The notes below the pieces were generated by a model, which was not told the DNA's origin, searched no databases, and worked only from the letters and a program-made list of their open reading frames with translations. From NCBI GenBank assembly GCA_013239625.1, contig MU053881.1, positions 10,005,957 to 10,069,956 of the forward strand: 64,000 nt of DNA, read 5' to 3'. The position numbers and the translations under genes were made by a program. Source of the DNA: Lama guanicoe. Its lineage: Eukaryota. This document shows positions 26,181-40,540 of this stretch, piece after piece (positions within the stretch are counted from its first letter, which is position 1; the number at the start of each line of letters is the position of its first letter).

Positions 26181-28410
26181 GCATTATACCAGGAATGTTC
26201 TCACAAACAAACAGATGAAAAAAAAATCTAGAATTGGTTATGTCATCTGATTGGGGCTAAATATAGTCATGATTTTACTGTCAGTAGAAAATGGGAAACC
26301 AGTAGCTCATGCCATGCAGGCATAATGCAGTAACTGCAATTGTCTCCTGTCACCACCTGGGATGATGTGCGTATAAATGCTGACCTTGAAAATTCCAAGT
26401 GACTACTTCTTGGTGGACATGATTATAGGACTGAGGGGCAGTTAGGTAGCTTCTGACTATATTGCAGAGCTTAAAGAAAGGAAATGACCATCTCCCGGCT
26501 TTAAATGCCCAGCTCAAAATAGGGACAGAGAGGTTCTGTGATGGCCCTAACAGAGTCTCTTATGAAGTCAGAGAACTGAAAATCAGACCCAGAATTTGAC
26601 CTGTAAGTTGTAGAATAAGAACACAGCTTGAATTCACAGCTTCAGCCTGTGTCTTACATGCATGTCAGGACATTGGTTAACAAGGAGGTGAACTCTGAAA
26701 ATTGTAATGAGGAGCTGTCGGTGGATTCAGATTAATCTGAAAGCTCTGAAAGTCCATGTCCCTCTGAGCCTCCTTTTCTGAGGAGGCAGTTCTTATTTCC
26801 CAAGGAGGAGGAAAGCAAGCCTTCCCCTGCTCTAGGAACCTATGATAAGCTCAAGTGAGGCAGTCACTTTGCAAGATGGTGCCAGTTATTTTCAGGATCC
26901 ATCTACACCCTGATAATGGCCTCCATGCTCAAACCCCGAGTCATATCCTAATAGGTTCAGGATTATGAGAGTAAAGCACGGCCTAGAAGAAGATAGCTTA
27001 TACACTGAAGAAATTGTAAACCTCAGCTAATTTATATTGGCAGAACCGGGGTAATATGTATAGGAAAGGATTCTGAGATTGTCAAGCCAAGGACAGGACA
27101 CGACAATGGATTCATGTGTGTTAGACTGATCAGGTGGACGTGGCTGTAACGGTTTGCTTGGCTGGTTGATTGAAACACTGAGTCAATAGTGATAGATATT
27201 TAATAAGGTTGTGATGACAGGCCTTCCCTAAAATAATGTTTAGGTGGAATCCAGTGATTTAGGAATGCTGCCATGTATTTATCAAATGCTACTGACTGCC
27301 TCACCCACTGCCTTTCATGTCCCCTGACAGAGTCCAGACAATTCTTCACATCCACCACAGCACTAAGTCTGTATGCCAGGACTACAGTGATCCTTGAAAA
27401 GCATTTAATTATCTGTCCTCTTCAGTTGATTATTATGAGAAGTGATGTCATTGAAGGAGCTTTCTGATTTGAGAATAATTAGGTAGGAGAGGTCAAATAG
27501 CAAGGAGAGTGCAGGGGTCAAAGGGATACCAGGGTTGGAGTGACTGTTAGACTATATATATATTTTTAAGAAGGGATTTTTGGTAGTGGCTAATAAGTCA
27601 AAGGTCCTTTGGAGGGAATTAGATTAGAGGTTGAAAAACTATGGACTGTGGACCAAATCCAGCATGTTAGCCATTTTGTAAACAGTTTTACTGGAAATCT
27701 GTCTTGCCCATTCACATATATGTACATATTTCTAAGGCTGCTTTCACACCACAGTGGCAACAGAGAGCATATGGCCTGCAATGCCTAAGATAATTACTAT
27801 CTAGCCCATTATAGAAAAAGTGTTTGCTGACTCTAGATTAGATGGTTAACCGATTGTTGTATTGATTGTTATGTATAATCAGTCAAACACCTAGGTCTGG
27901 TATACAGAGACTTGACTTGGGTCACTATGATACAGATAATGGCCTCTTAACCAATTCCTACACCTGAACAGGTCAGCAGATCTGTAACCCTTTGAATGAA
28001 GGGAGTCTGGGTTTTTGCAGAAGGACCTCCCCCTTCAAACACACTCTCCAAGTGACCCTGCTGTATTTACTGAAAATATTCCTCTAGACCTTCTATAAAG
28101 TGGGCTGTGTCTGGCCAGATAACCATGCACCCAAGAAAATGAAACCCAGATCTTTGGCGAGTTACCAGATATAGGCTCTAGGTTGATGCTGTCCCTGGGG
28201 ACCCGAATGCTGTGGTCGTTGTTAAGATGGGAGGCGAGACGATCAATGGAATCTGGCACATTTCCATCTTGCAGTTAGCACAGGGAGGCCAGAGACCACC
28301 CTGCTATCGTTTACCTAGTTCTTGAATTCCCGTTGGAACAGATATCTAGAGTAACTTCTAGAGCCCCTAACTTTGACTCTCTGACTCCTGGAGGGAGTGT
28401 GTTATCTTTG
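26181..28410 (+). mobile_element. ERVL internal region relic (gag-like and protease), disrupted
   Basis: 28135-28200 translates ENETQIFGELPDIGSRLMLSLG, resembling the ERVL protease motif QTFRGLLDTGSELTLIPG; frameshifted HPAIVYLVLEF and VGTDI*SNF*SP follow. Confidence 0.75.
27625..27835. mobile_element. MER58A-like hAT MITE nested in the ERVL relic
   Basis: TIRs tagaggttgaaaaac / gtttgctgactcta; 8-bp TSD aattagat (27617-27624) / gattagat (27836-27843). Confidence 0.85.
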
Positions 28411-31400
28411 GCCCTGCAGTAACTGCAGCTTCCTAGCTCTGCTTTAACAACCTTCCTCACCTCTTTGCTCCCTTTAAACCTTTTGACTTAGTCCTTTACT
28501 CTTGCTGCTTGTTCTATATATACCTTTGCATTTAATCCCTTGCTTTTAATTTCCCTCTGCTTGAAATATACTCCTGATACACCTGCTTACAATCATCTTG
28601 TTGCTCAGACACTGGGAGAAGGTAACAGGCTCGGACCATCATGGGACCTTCTGCTCAGTTTCCTCACGTGTAATATGAAGACGTTATACCTGGAGAGACT
28701 GAGCGAGTTGCTCAAGGTCATGTATCTAGATAGTTGGCAAACATGAGTATTAAGAATTCCTGGCTCCTGGCCCAATAGGCTAGAGATTCTAAATTTATTT
28801 CTTAACTGTGCTTAAATATTGTTTAAAAGTGTACAGAATCTCTGGTAGAACTGAGATCTCATAAAACTAAATCTCTAGGGAAACATCCCAGGGAAACATC
28901 TTTTACTAAAAGCCTACATCATCCCTAGAGCAACATTTGGGAACTACAGCACTGTCTCTAATACAGAGGGATTGCATCACAGTGCATTTTTTTTTTAATG
29001 AAAATTCAACTTTATGTGAATAAGGGGGGAGGAGACAAAAAAGAGAAAATAAAAATGAATAAATAAAGCAAGTAATTTTGTTCTCATTCTCGTCAATGAA
29101 TGTGTATCCCAGTACCCAGAGAAAGTATGATAAGAATTGGATGTTTCTTTGGTCAGTCTTAGTTTCTATAAGACTTTCATGGTGAGAATGCCTTCCCTGT
29201 CTTCGGTAAGACTATAAAGATGTGCAACCATAGAATCAGTCAGAAGTTTTTGTAATAGCTTTAAAAGTTATGTAGTCCCACCAGACAGGAAGAGTATTTC
29301 TGTGCAACATTCCATCATTCCAAATGTATCTTTGGAGCCATAAAGGAACATATTTCAAAATCTTAAGAGGCATAAAGGTGCAAATTCAATCAGGTAGTAT
29401 GGTCATCTGAGTGGAATAGCAGATTTCTATGAGATGATTAGGTTAATTAGGTAGTAATATGTCTCAAACTGAAGGGAGACGAGTCTCTGACCATCTTCTT
29501 TTCTAAGTTGTAAAGTTGAAGCTATAGTGAATGTAGGAATGGACTCAGTCTGGCAATTGAGGTCAAAGGAAATTACCCCGGACGTCTTAGAAATTACCTT
29601 AGGTATCTCCATTACTTAATATATTTTTCATTATTTGATTTCAACTGGCTATGAAGACGTCCCCTAAACTGCCTAAGGTGACATAATTATCTTTTTAGTG
29701 GGTAATATTTTTAAACCTGGGTAATATTTATAATGAAATACAGAAGAAGTACTTAAGAGACTAAAACTGTAACATTAATATTTTTGTATTAAGGAAACTA
29801 TGTCTATTTGATTTTTCATGTACTTACAATATATACAAGATTTTTACCTTATAAAGTAACTGGACAGTCTTGTAATTCCAATGTAGAATTTGAAATTGAG
29901 CAACTAATTTAAACATGTTTTAGGCTGAAATCCTACTGTTCTTATATGCAGAGTTGGAACATATCAGGGAACTTAAAAATCATTATAAGTTTTATTTATA
30001 AGATACATATGTTATTTAGCTTCTTGTTAAGACTCATCAAACAATTGAAGTAATTAAAAGGAAATCAAGTATATTAAATTTACACATGCACTTTAAAAGT
30101 TTGAAGTTGTTTAACTAACTTAACTTGTAAATGGGTTCCAATAGTAATCAAAAGCATCCTTAAAGGTAATTGCTAAAATTTGTTGTACTTATAAATAGAA
30201 TAGTAACTTTCGTACACTGAATCGAAAAGCTTAAGAACCAGGTTTATGAATTTGTTTTTAGTGTACTGAATTTTAATTTAAATAAACACCTGAATCTCCT
30301 TTGTGTCGTCCAAAGCTGCACAGTAGACAATGAAAAAACTGACAGTTCTGGACTACATATATAAGGACTAGTATTTTTCACATAAAGATCTTAAACACAA
30401 GCCATAGAACTTCCCCAAAAACATCTAATGTGGAAGCTGTGCTGAAATTATATAAAAATGATAGATGTCAAATTAGTCTCCAACATGGAATTTTCAAGGT
30501 TAAAGTTGACTACAAGCCATTTCTTGCCCGACACAAAACTCCCCATGTAACACTAACGCTCAATGTAGAAAATTCAGGACATTCACTCATAAAATTTCAG
30601 CCTTGAAAAGAATCTCAGTCCTTCAATTTCAGTGCCTCATTTTGTGACAAGGGGATGGAAGCTCAGAGATGTAAAATACCTGTGGGCACAGTGAAGGATC
30701 ATAAAAGAAAGGAGACAGGGAGCCAAGTCTCCTGGGTACCAGCGCCAGTCATCATCTCTAATTCATAGCGCTTAACCCATCAAGTCTTTCAGCATTTGAC
30801 CCCTAAGCCAGGTCATCATTTTAACCTCCAATTTTGAAATGAGGATCAGGAAATTAATGCCGCATTATACAGTGATATCACCATTATCAGCACCCAGCCA
30901 GCTGAGATGCTAGTGTTCTGTTTTTTTTTCCACAGGACCCCGTTGCTTTCATTTCTCAACCCAGCACCTTCTGTTGCCACTAAGTATTCATTTGGAGTTC
31001 TTTTAAAAGGAAAGTTTCATACACTTCCAGCGGTCTCAACTCTCTCCTAGAAGGAGTGACATTTGAGAATTCTGGCAGTAAGACATCTCTGACATCAATC
31101 ACAGAGTGCGAAAATGAATATTTTCCACATGCATCTTTGAAGGCTGGTGCTCTTTTAACATAGCCTTTCAGTTTTACTTGAGATTGACTGCAGGGGAATT
31201 GGATGGTAGTTCAAGCAGCACAACAGAGGATGTTTGATAATCAGCGCCCAGTGTAAGAGGAAGGAGGATGGGGCCTCTGTTGTGCCAAGGCGAGGCAAAG
31301 CCCGTGGCTCAGGGAGAGATAATTGATCCAAAGAAATTTAGCGCTTCTACTGAAGATTTCCATGGCGAATTGTGTGTGCTCAAATTCTGCTCTCTAGCTG

Positions 31401-31849
31401 GCGCTGAGATTGCTTCCATAGTTTATTTCTTTTTTTTTCCCAAATTCCTACTGACCAGAGAATTTGGTACAGTATTGGTTGGTGTCAACTCATAAAATAC
31501 ATATACATGTAAACTCGCCACATATACATGATATATAATATAATATACATAATACTCTAATATATAATATATATGGTTATATATAAGAGAGCTTAAAAAG
31601 AAAGAGACATTTCAAAAAAAGGAAATACAATAAAGAAGTGAAAGATGAATACCTTTTTTTGTCTTAGTTATTGTGGAAGAAGAAATTCCCTCTTGATATG
31701 TGCTCAGTAGCACTTCAGAGTTTGGAATAAAAATGTCCTCATACAAAATATGATGGTTAGGTGTTTAAGACATTAACCACCTTGATGTTAGAAAACTCTC
31801 TCTCCCTCTTGTTTTGTTTTTTTTTTTTTTTGGCTTGTTCTATGTGTGT

Positions 31850-33330
31850 TATAAGCCCCACAAAGTATTGCTATCATTTTTGCTTTTAATAGTCATCTTC
31901 TAGACCTACCCACATACTTACTATGTCTGATGCTCTTCATTCATTTCTGCAGATCTGGGGCTCCAAGTGCTATTGTTTCACTTCAGCCTGAATAATTTAT
32001 TTTAGTATTTCTCATAGTACAGGTTTGTAAAGACAAACTGCCTCATCTTTTGATGTCTAAAAATATTTGATTTCACCTTCCTTTCTGAAAGATGATTTTT
32101 CTGAATATGGGATGCCCAGTTGACACTCGCCATCCTCTGCACACACATCTTGCCCCTTAAAAGATATTGCTTCATTGTCCCCGGACTTCCTCTATGATGG
32201 GAATTTAGCCAGCATTTCATGCTCTTATAAATGTTCCCCTTTATGCAATGCATCTCTTCTCACCTTATGGATGCTTTCAAAATTTTCTTTTTATCTTTGG
32301 TTTTCAATAGTTTGACTACAGTGTGTCTGGGGGTGTTTATCCAGCTTGGGGATGCTGTGCACTTGGGTTTTCATGTTGATGTCTTTCATCAACTGTGGAA
32401 AATTGTCCCCTGTAATCTCTTTTGATATTTTTCAGCACCACTAGTTGTCTCCACTCCTACTAAGATTGTAGTTATATGTATATTAGACCACTTGGTACTC
32501 TTCTGATGTACTTGTTATGAGTAAATTGTGTTCCTGGAAAAATTCATATGGTGAAGTCCCAACACAGTACCTCAGAATGCAACTAAATTTGTAGATAGGG
32601 TTTTTAAGAGATAATTAAATTAAAATGAAGTCGTTAGGGTAGGTCCTAATTCAATGACCCGGTATTCTTGGAAGAAGAGGAAATCTGCACATAGACATGC
32701 ACAGAAGGAAGAGCATGTGAAGACACAGGGAGAAGACGACCATGGTAAGCCAAGGAGAGAGATGGGGAAGAAACCAATTGTGCTAACAAGGGCTTCTAGC
32801 CTCCAGAACCCTGTGAAAATAAATTTCTGTTGTTTAAGCCACACAGTCTGTAGAACTTTGTTATGATAGTCCTAGAAAACTAATAAAATGCCTCTCTGTG
32901 TTTTCAGTTTGAATAATTTATATTGATCTCTGAGTTCACTGAATCATCTCTATTCTGGGTACCATCTGCTATTGAAACATTCTCTTTTCCGTAGTCTTTC
33001 TCATTTTGTAGAATGTCCATATTGTTCTTCCTGACAGTTTTCGTCTTTCTGCCGAAATTCTCCATTTGCTAATACATGTTGTCAGCTTTTCTTACTACAT
33101 CCTTTGACATATTTATCATCCTCATTGTAAAATCTTTGCTGGATAATTCCCCCATCTGTGCTCTTCCTAGATCTGCTTCTATTGAGTGTTTCTTCTTTTG
33201 ATAATCAGTCAATGTTTTCTTTCTTCTCTGCACATTTCATACTTTTTGACTTGTAAGCGATATGTTGTGCATATGCAGACAGCAGAGACTAAAGTAAATC
33301 GTATTTACCCCTAGAACATAGCATGTCTCT
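31850..33330 (-). mobile_element. Old L1 (ORF1-side fragment), interrupted by MLT1
   Basis: tttcaccttcctttctgaaagatgatttttctgaatatggg, tttatctttggttttcaatagtttgactacagtgtgtctgg; T-rich antisense L1 signature. Confidence 0.7.
32513..32887 (+). mobile_element. MaLR solo LTR (MLT1B-like)
   Basis: tgttatg...aaaattcatatggtgaagtcc...agtacctcagaatg...cttctagcctccagaac...aataaatttctgttgtttaagccac...cctagaaaactaata. Confidence 0.9.
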
Positions 33331-35773
33331 TCTTCTGCCAGGCAGCAGTGCTGGGGAGGAGGAAGGTTAAGCAGGACTTAACATCAGTGGGACTGGGTCT
33401 AGGTTTGGTTACAGCTTTAAACAGATTCAGTGCACTACTGGTTTCAAATGTTTTGAGGATCCCTGGGGAGTTAGAACTGTTCTTCTCTCCAGTACACCCA
33501 GACTTCTGTGCCTGGGGAAACCTCTCTTTACCCTTCTCCCTTCTCCAATCTTTGAACAGTCTCCAGAGTACTCTGATGAAGGCCTCAAGTGCCTCAGTGG
33601 GGTTTCACTCAGTCAGTTCTCTTGTCTCATCCCCAGTCTTTGAAGCCATTGGATCACATTCAGTAAGAACCTGAAGGTCCTAAGAAGTTTCCTCTTGGCT
33701 CTTGGGCCCCACTCAGCTTTTAGTCAGTCACTGTCTTGCACCCCCAAAAGATCTGTGCTGCTCAGGGGGGTCTCTTTCGGTTGTAAGTCCTTCCCTCTTA
33801 GGAATGACTTGGTATTGTACAGACAGTAGATCATTTAAGCATCGTTATGTCCTCTGCTTTCAGATGCTCTTTTAAAACTCTGTGATTTGGTAGCTTATCC
33901 GGATAATTATCACTGTTAGAATGAGTTGGTCACATCTTGAAACTTTATACAATCACCTGAAATAGCAACTTCTCCTACAACATGACCTAGATTACATGAA
34001 TTGTGCCAGAATACTAGAAATACATGTTTCATTAGTTGATCTGGGAATTTTGTTCTCTATTTGCTCTACCAAATGTATCTGCTCATAAATAATTTGCCTG
34101 CATTATCCTTTTGTTGATTATAAAGTTCCAATGTGACTCTGTTTTGTATCTCTATTTGCAGTCACTGAAAATACACCAGAAGTTAGTCCGACAATAATGA
34201 CTTAGTGATTTAAATTCTGAATAAAACAAAATATTTCCTTAGGTAGAAATGATCAAAAGATGGTTCTAATACTAAGCTTCTATGTTGCCTTCACTCATTT
34301 GATTTCAGCCAAAGAGGGGTAAAATGTTTCCTTTAACCTAAATACTAGTAGTATATGTGCCCATCCTCAAGTGAGTTATAGTCCAGTTTAGGGAAATAAG
34401 ATACATGAATTAATACAATAAATAATAAACAGTGTCTCATAGCAGTTGTCACAGACTGAAATTATTTTTTTCATGTCTACATGTGTTTAGTGTATGTCTC
34501 TGATCATAAGCGTCATAAAGATAAGGTCCATGTTCATTTTCTTTACCACTGTTTCCAAGTCCCTGCTTGAATGATATATTGAGAGGTGAATGCATAAATG
34601 AGAGGCACTTCTAGCTGGGAAGGGTTTTGGTGTTTTGTTTGTTTGTTTGTTTCTTTTTTTAAATAGCAGACAGCATTCTACCTGGGCCTGTAAGCCTGGT
34701 CAGGGTTTGAATGAGATTGGGTTTGAAGCAGAGAGCCTTATAAACAAGAGAACATAGGTACCAAAATATGCAGCACGTATGAAGAATGTCAAAAAAAGCA
34801 CAGTTTGGTTGAAGTATTTGATATATGAAGCTGAGTTATGGAATATGAGGTTGGAAAGGAGGTTTGGGACCAGAGGGCCTTTTATTTCAATCTGAGAAGT
34901 TTTACTTTTATTTTGTAGACAATGGGAGTCAGTGAAGGATGGTGCCCTGAGGAATGAGCAGAGCTATGGTACAGGATGATTAATCTGGGAGACGTCTGCA
35001 GACTGGATTAGAATGTGGAGAGATTGGAGGGAAGGCGACAAGTTAGCTATAAATTACAAGCGAATAACAATGAAGTCTGAAAACAGAGAAAAGGAAGTGA
35101 GGATAGAGATACAGTGACGTATGGTAATTATTATTACTGTTAACAATTATTACAGCCACAACAATCATTTATTATTCTGGCACTTTTTCCTATTTATTAT
35201 AAGAGCATGGTTGCATTCTTTTGTTTCCACAAAGCAGCGTGGTCAGGTGTATAACATTAACCCTGTTTTGCACATGAGAACATGAAACACCCACGGCATA
35301 CCTTGCAATTGGCAGAGCCAGAACTTGAACCCAGATAATGACACCTGAACCTAAGCTCAAAGCAAATCTTAGTTATGCAGAAGTTAAATCAATAGTCTTG
35401 AGTAATTCTCTAGGTGTGGAGTCAAAAGAGGGGGGGGTCCTTCCTATTTTACCTATAAGATCTCAAATTGATAATACTCATAGGAGGAAAGCGTGTATTT
35501 ATGGTTAGGATACATTGGGCTTTTGATGCCCCCAGGGTTATCCAATGGAGAGTTCTAGCAGGCAACATGAACTGTAAGATGAAAGTTCAAAACATGGTCA
35601 GGGAATGGAGATTTAAAAGTGTTAGCGCAGAGGACATATTTGAAATCACACTATTGCTGTGACGAAGAGTATAAGAAAGCAGAACAGAAGCTGAAGGTCC
35701 AACCCCCTGAGGATGCTTCACTGGCTTGGAGGAGAAAGGGCAAACAGAAGGAAACTAAGGAGGATCGAGAAAG

Positions 35774-36224
35774 ACAGAGTTGAATTGTGTCCCCATAAAA
35801 AGATATTAAAATCCTAACTCCTAGTACCTCAGAATGTAACTTTATTTGGAAATGGGTCTTTACAGATTTAACCAGATTAAGATTAGGGTGGGCCTTAATC
35901 TAATATGAACGATGTCATTATAAAAAGGTAAGGTATGGACACAGACAGACACAGAGGGAAGACGATTAGAAGACACAGGAAAAAGACCGTCTCATAACTG
36001 AAGGTGAAGCATCTACAGGCCAAAAATGACAAAGCTTGCCAGCAAATATCAGAAACTAGAAGAGCTAAGGAAGGATTCTCCCCTAGAACTGTCAGAGAGA
36101 GAACGGTCCAGCCAGGACCTTGATTTCTACTTCTAAGCCTCCAGAAATGTGAGAACAAATTTCTGTTGTTTTTAGCTACCTAATTTTTGGTATTTTATTA
36201 TAACAGTCCTAGAAAAGTAGTACA
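35774..36224 (+). mobile_element. MaLR solo LTR (MLT1C-like)
   Basis: gttgaattgtgtcccc...cctaactcctagtacctcagaatgtaactttatttggaaat...gaaggattctccctaga...aaatttctgttgttttt...tagtaca. Confidence 0.9.
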
Positions 36225-36272
36225 GAAGGCAAACCAAGAGATTCTATTGGGAAACACACATGTATACACACA

Positions 36273-36295
36273 ACACACACACACACACACACACA
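36273..36295. repeat. (AC)n microsatellite
   Basis: acacacacacacacacacacaca. Confidence 0.95.
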
Positions 36296-36761
36296 GGACC
36301 AGACTGTTTCAAAATGATGGATGGGAATGGTCAACAGCCTAAATGCTGTCAAGATATCCTTGAGTGTAAAGACTGGGCAAATCCTATTTTAGTTGATAAT
36401 TAGATGCTGATTAGTGATCACTGAGGGACCAGTTTCAGTGTACTGGTGAGAGGAGAAGCATATTTAAATTTAAATACAGACAGTAAACTAAAGTATGTGA
36501 AGTAGTGGATGAAAGATAAGAACAAGTGGTGAAGACTCTGACAAGCAGAAGATGTCATGCTCCCTAAAGACATCCCATTTCTTTCTTTTTTTTAATTACT
36601 AGAATGGCAAAGGAAAACACGTCTGCAGTCCATGAATGCACATCATTTGTCAACGAGTAAGTCTTGTCATCGCTAATTCTCCATGTCCATGATGCAACGG
36701 AGAGCAGAATGAGAATTTTAAGGTTACAGGACCGAAAGAAAGTGTTTTGAGAATACTGTAG

Positions 36762-36937
36762 AAAATATTGATTCTTTCAATATAAGAACAGGATCTATCT
36801 TTCCATCTGTTTGTGTTGTCTTCAATTTCTTTTATCAGTGTGTCACAGCTTTCCAAGTACAGGTCTTTTGCCTCCTTAGGTAGGGTTATTCCTGGGTATT
36901 TTATTCTTTTTGATGTGATGGTAAATGGGATTGTTTA
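36762..36937 (-). mobile_element. L1 ORF2 internal fragment
   Basis: Minus-strand ORF 36650..36856 contains TLIKEIEDNTNRWKDRSCSYIERINI, resembling L1 ORF2 [26 protein letters not shown]. Confidence 0.85.
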
Positions 36938-36944
36938 CTGAGAC

Positions 36945-37540
36945 TTATTTTATAATCAAGTATGTTGTCAATCTTTGTGAAGTCTTTTGAAAATAAAGTA
37001 TATTCTGTGGTTTTGTGGCTTAATATGGGTTAATATAGGTTTGGGGGGGTGGGTTAAATGTCAATTAGGTCCAGTTGATTGACAGTATTGTTTACATCTA
37101 TATTCCACTGATATTTTAGTCTGCTTATTATTAATTATTGAGAAAAGTATGCTATATAATCTGACTAAAGTTCCCTATTCCTTTTATTGGCTCTATCAGT
37201 TTTCTTTCTTGAATTTTAATACTAACTTATTAGATGCATATATATTGAAGATTGTTATGTCTTTCAGATGAAACATTTCTTTTATCATTAGTTAATATCC
37301 CCTTTTGTATCTTGTGATATTCTGTTTTTGAAATTTATTTTATTACATATTAATTTAGCTGTGCCAGCTTTCTTACGCTCATGGCTTGCACAGTATAATT
37401 TTTCCATTATTATACTTTCAATCTACCTATATCTTTACATTTAAAATGCACATATTATAGACAGCATATGGTTTGGCTTTGCTTTATCCTTCTGGTAACC
37501 CTTTTCTTTAAATAAGATATTTAGTTGATTTACCATTCTT
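36945..37540 (-). mobile_element. Old L1 (L1M-like) fragment
   Basis: gtatattctgtggtt...aaatgtcaattaggtccagttgattgacagtattgtt...tatagacagcatatggtttggctttgcttt. Confidence 0.7.
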
Positions 37541-37589
37541 GTGGACGTTCAGAAGGATATGACAAAGGCCTTTGAAAAAATTTAAAAAT

Positions 37590-38779
37590 AATGTTCTCCT
37601 AGGGCAGTCTATCCAGGCAATAGAAATAAAAGCAAAAATAAACAAATGGAACCTAATAAAACTTAAACAAGCTTTTGCACAGCAAAGGAAACCATTAGCA
37701 AAGCAAAAAGACAAGCTACAGAATGGGAGAAAATGTTTGCAAAAGATGAGACTGATAAGGGCTTAACTTCCAGAATATATAAATAGCTCATACAACTTAA
37801 TAACAAAAAAACAAACAACCCAATCCAAAATGGGCAGAAGACCTAAACAAGCAATTCTCCAATGAAGAAATACAAATGGCCAATAGGCACATGAAAAAAT
37901 GCTCAGTATTGCTAAGTACCAGAGAAATGCAAATCCAAACTACAATGAGGAATCATCTCACACCAGTCAGAATGGCCATCATTCAAAAGTCCACAACGAT
38001 AAATGCTGGAGAGGATGTGGAGAAAAGGGAACCCTCCTCTACTGTTGGTGGGAATGTAGTTTGGTGCAACCATTATGAAAAACAGTATGGAGATTCCTCA
38101 AAAAACTAAAAATAGAGTTACCATATGATCCACCAATTCCACTCCTGGGCATATATCCAGAGGGAACCTTAATTCAAAAAGATACATGCACCCCAATGTT
38201 CATAGAAGCACTATATACAATAGCTAAGACAGGGAAACAACCTAAATGTCTATTGACAGATGACTGGATAAAGAAGCTGTGGTATATTTATACAATGGAG
38301 TACTACTCAGCCATAAAAAGAATAAAATAATGCCATTTGCAGCAACATGGATGGACTTGGAGATTGTCATTCTAAGTGAAGTAAGCCAGAAAGAGAAAGA
38401 AAAATACCATATGAAATTACTTCTGTGTGGAATCTAAAAAAAGAAAAAAAAAAGAAAAGACAAATGAACTTATTTATAAAACAGAACAGATTCACAGACA
38501 TAGAAAACAATCTTATAGTTAGAGGGAAGAGGGTGGGAAGGGATAAATTGGGAGTTTGATATTTGAAGATACTAAATAATATATATAAAGTAGATAAACA
38601 ACAAGTTCATATTGTATAGCACAGGGAACTATAGTCACTATCTTGTAGTAACCTACGGTGAAAAAGAATATGAAAATGATTATATGTATGCTCATGTATG
38701 ACTAAAGCATTATGCTTATACCAGAAATGGACACAATATTGTAAACTGACTTCAATAAAAAAATATATACACAAAAAAA
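37590..38779 (+). mobile_element. 5'-truncated lineage-type L1 (ORF2 C-terminus, 3' UTR, A tail)
   Basis: ORFs 37572..37766 ([14 protein letters not shown]) and 37876..38109 ([10 protein letters not shown]...[21 protein letters not shown]) are L1 ORF2 C-terminal pieces with frameshifts; AATAAA at ~38755. Confidence 0.95.
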
Positions 38780-40359
38780 GAATTTCTGAAATATGTGAAG
38801 AACAGCAACTTCACTGGAATAAACATGACTATTTTAAATAAGACAATAGTGATACATTAATAAGTTAATTTAAATAGGCAAAATTACTTTACACAAATGG
38901 TCTTCATTTAATGGGCGGTGTATCAATGAGGTGCTTTCACTCTTGGCTTAGATTTTTGTTAGTTTTTTCATAAATTTTAATTATTGCCCTATCTCTTCAC
39001 TGTCTTCTATGGCTTTCCAGTTTGTATGGGAGAACTCTCCTGATTTCCTATCACCTATCTGATAGGATTATATGTAAGTTTCTAGAGATCAGATGGCAGC
39101 TTTTAGTTTATGAGAAGCCAAGAAGAGGAACATTCTCATATTTTTATTAAATTAATTTTGGCAAGAGTGCTTTTTGTCAGTTTATTGACTTTAACATGTG
39201 AACAAAAAAGAAAACAATAAATATTTTTAAAAAAATAAACAGCCTCCACAGACTCACATTATATTTGGCTTCTGCGGCACGCGTCTGAGTGCAGATATGA
39301 CTGATGTAAATTAACATAGTAGTACCAATGCACTCATCTAGGGACATATTTTTCTTTTGAGTAATTTGATTTCAGCAACATTCACTCTTAGTACCCTGCA
39401 GGAAATATAACAATTGCTCTTTAACTGGAAGACCATAATAAGCAGATAAAAACACAGTGTATGAATTCATAAATTTGGTAGCTTAGTGGCTACTTCCAAA
39501 CTATTTCTTGTTCTTATACATCTGATCATGATCGTACAACTTTGGTTAGAACCAGAAGTAAAAACACAAATCATCTGGCAATGATTGTAATGTTTTTCCT
39601 ATTAACAACAAATTCAATAAATTTTACCCTTGTAACATTTTCTCCTTCTTCTTCTTGGTATGTAGGTCAGCCTTTATTATTCTTAGCTAGAATAATGCAT
39701 GCTGTCCTTATTTGTTTCCCTACCTCTAGTCTCTTCCTACTGTAATTAATCTTAAGCAACTTTGTAGAGTGATTTTTCTTAAACCCAACTTGGATCATGT
39801 TGGCAACTCTCCATTGTCCAATTAGTCCAGGATGCTTTGAATGTTTCTATCATGTCTGCATTCAAAGCTGTCACTCTCCAACTTCCTAACAAGTCAGCCA
39901 GAGAATTCTGGCATAGAATTCTTTCAGGCTTTGTCTTCTTTTGGTTTATTCTCAATGTGTCCTTTAAAATGAAATTAAAAAAAAATTTTTTTTTTCCCTG
40001 TCAGGACTCATCTTTTTTGGTTTTCTGTCTTGGATCCACCATCATCATTTATCCCCATCTGAGTTTCGATTCTAAACTGGTGGGGAATTTTCCCAGTTGC
40101 TCTCTCACACAATAGTACAGAGGCCTTGTGTCTCCTCTAGTTCTAGAAAATTACAACCAGACTCTCAATGTTATAGCAGAAGCTTCAACTTGGCCATGAT
40201 ACAGTTCCCACGTGAAGATTTCAAGGTGCAAAGACTCAGTCTGAAGGAGGATATAATCTTTCTCTTTCTTTTCTTCCTTTCTTCCTTTCTTTCTTTTTCT
40301 TTCTTTTCCTTCCTTCCTTCCTTTTTTGAAACCTTGCATGTATTAGAAATCATTTGGGT

Positions 40360-40540
40360 GGGAAGGGGCTACAGATGACAGAAATCCAATTCAAACAGGG
40401 ACAAACAAAAGCTAATTTATTGTTTCTAATATCCAGAAGTCTAGATGTAAAGCTGGCTTCAAGCCTGGATGTATTTAGAGCTCATGTAATGTAAATATGA
40501 CTTTTCCCTTCTCTTTATCTTCCTGTATTGTCTGATATTT
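40360..40540 (-). mobile_element. Old MaLR LTR fragment (MLT1K/L-like)
   Basis: gatgacagaaatccaattcaaac...aatttattg...agaagtctagatgtaaagctggcttcaagcctgg. Confidence 0.55.

Larger units (their letters stand above)
34660..36480 (-). mobile_element. Fragmented L2 (with nested MIR ~35160-35365 and MLT1 35774-36224)
   Basis: tttattttgtagacaatgggagtcagtgaagg, gggagttctagcaggcaacatgaa, atggtcaacagcctaaatgctg, cagtttcagtgtactggtgag are reverse-strand L2 blocks. Confidence 0.6.

Noticed and set aside
36762..38779. Twin-primed (5'-inverted) L1 formed by the antisense ORF2 piece and the sense 3' piece
   Set aside because: About 650 bp of older L1 separates the two pieces and I find no shared TSD; better treated as separate fragments
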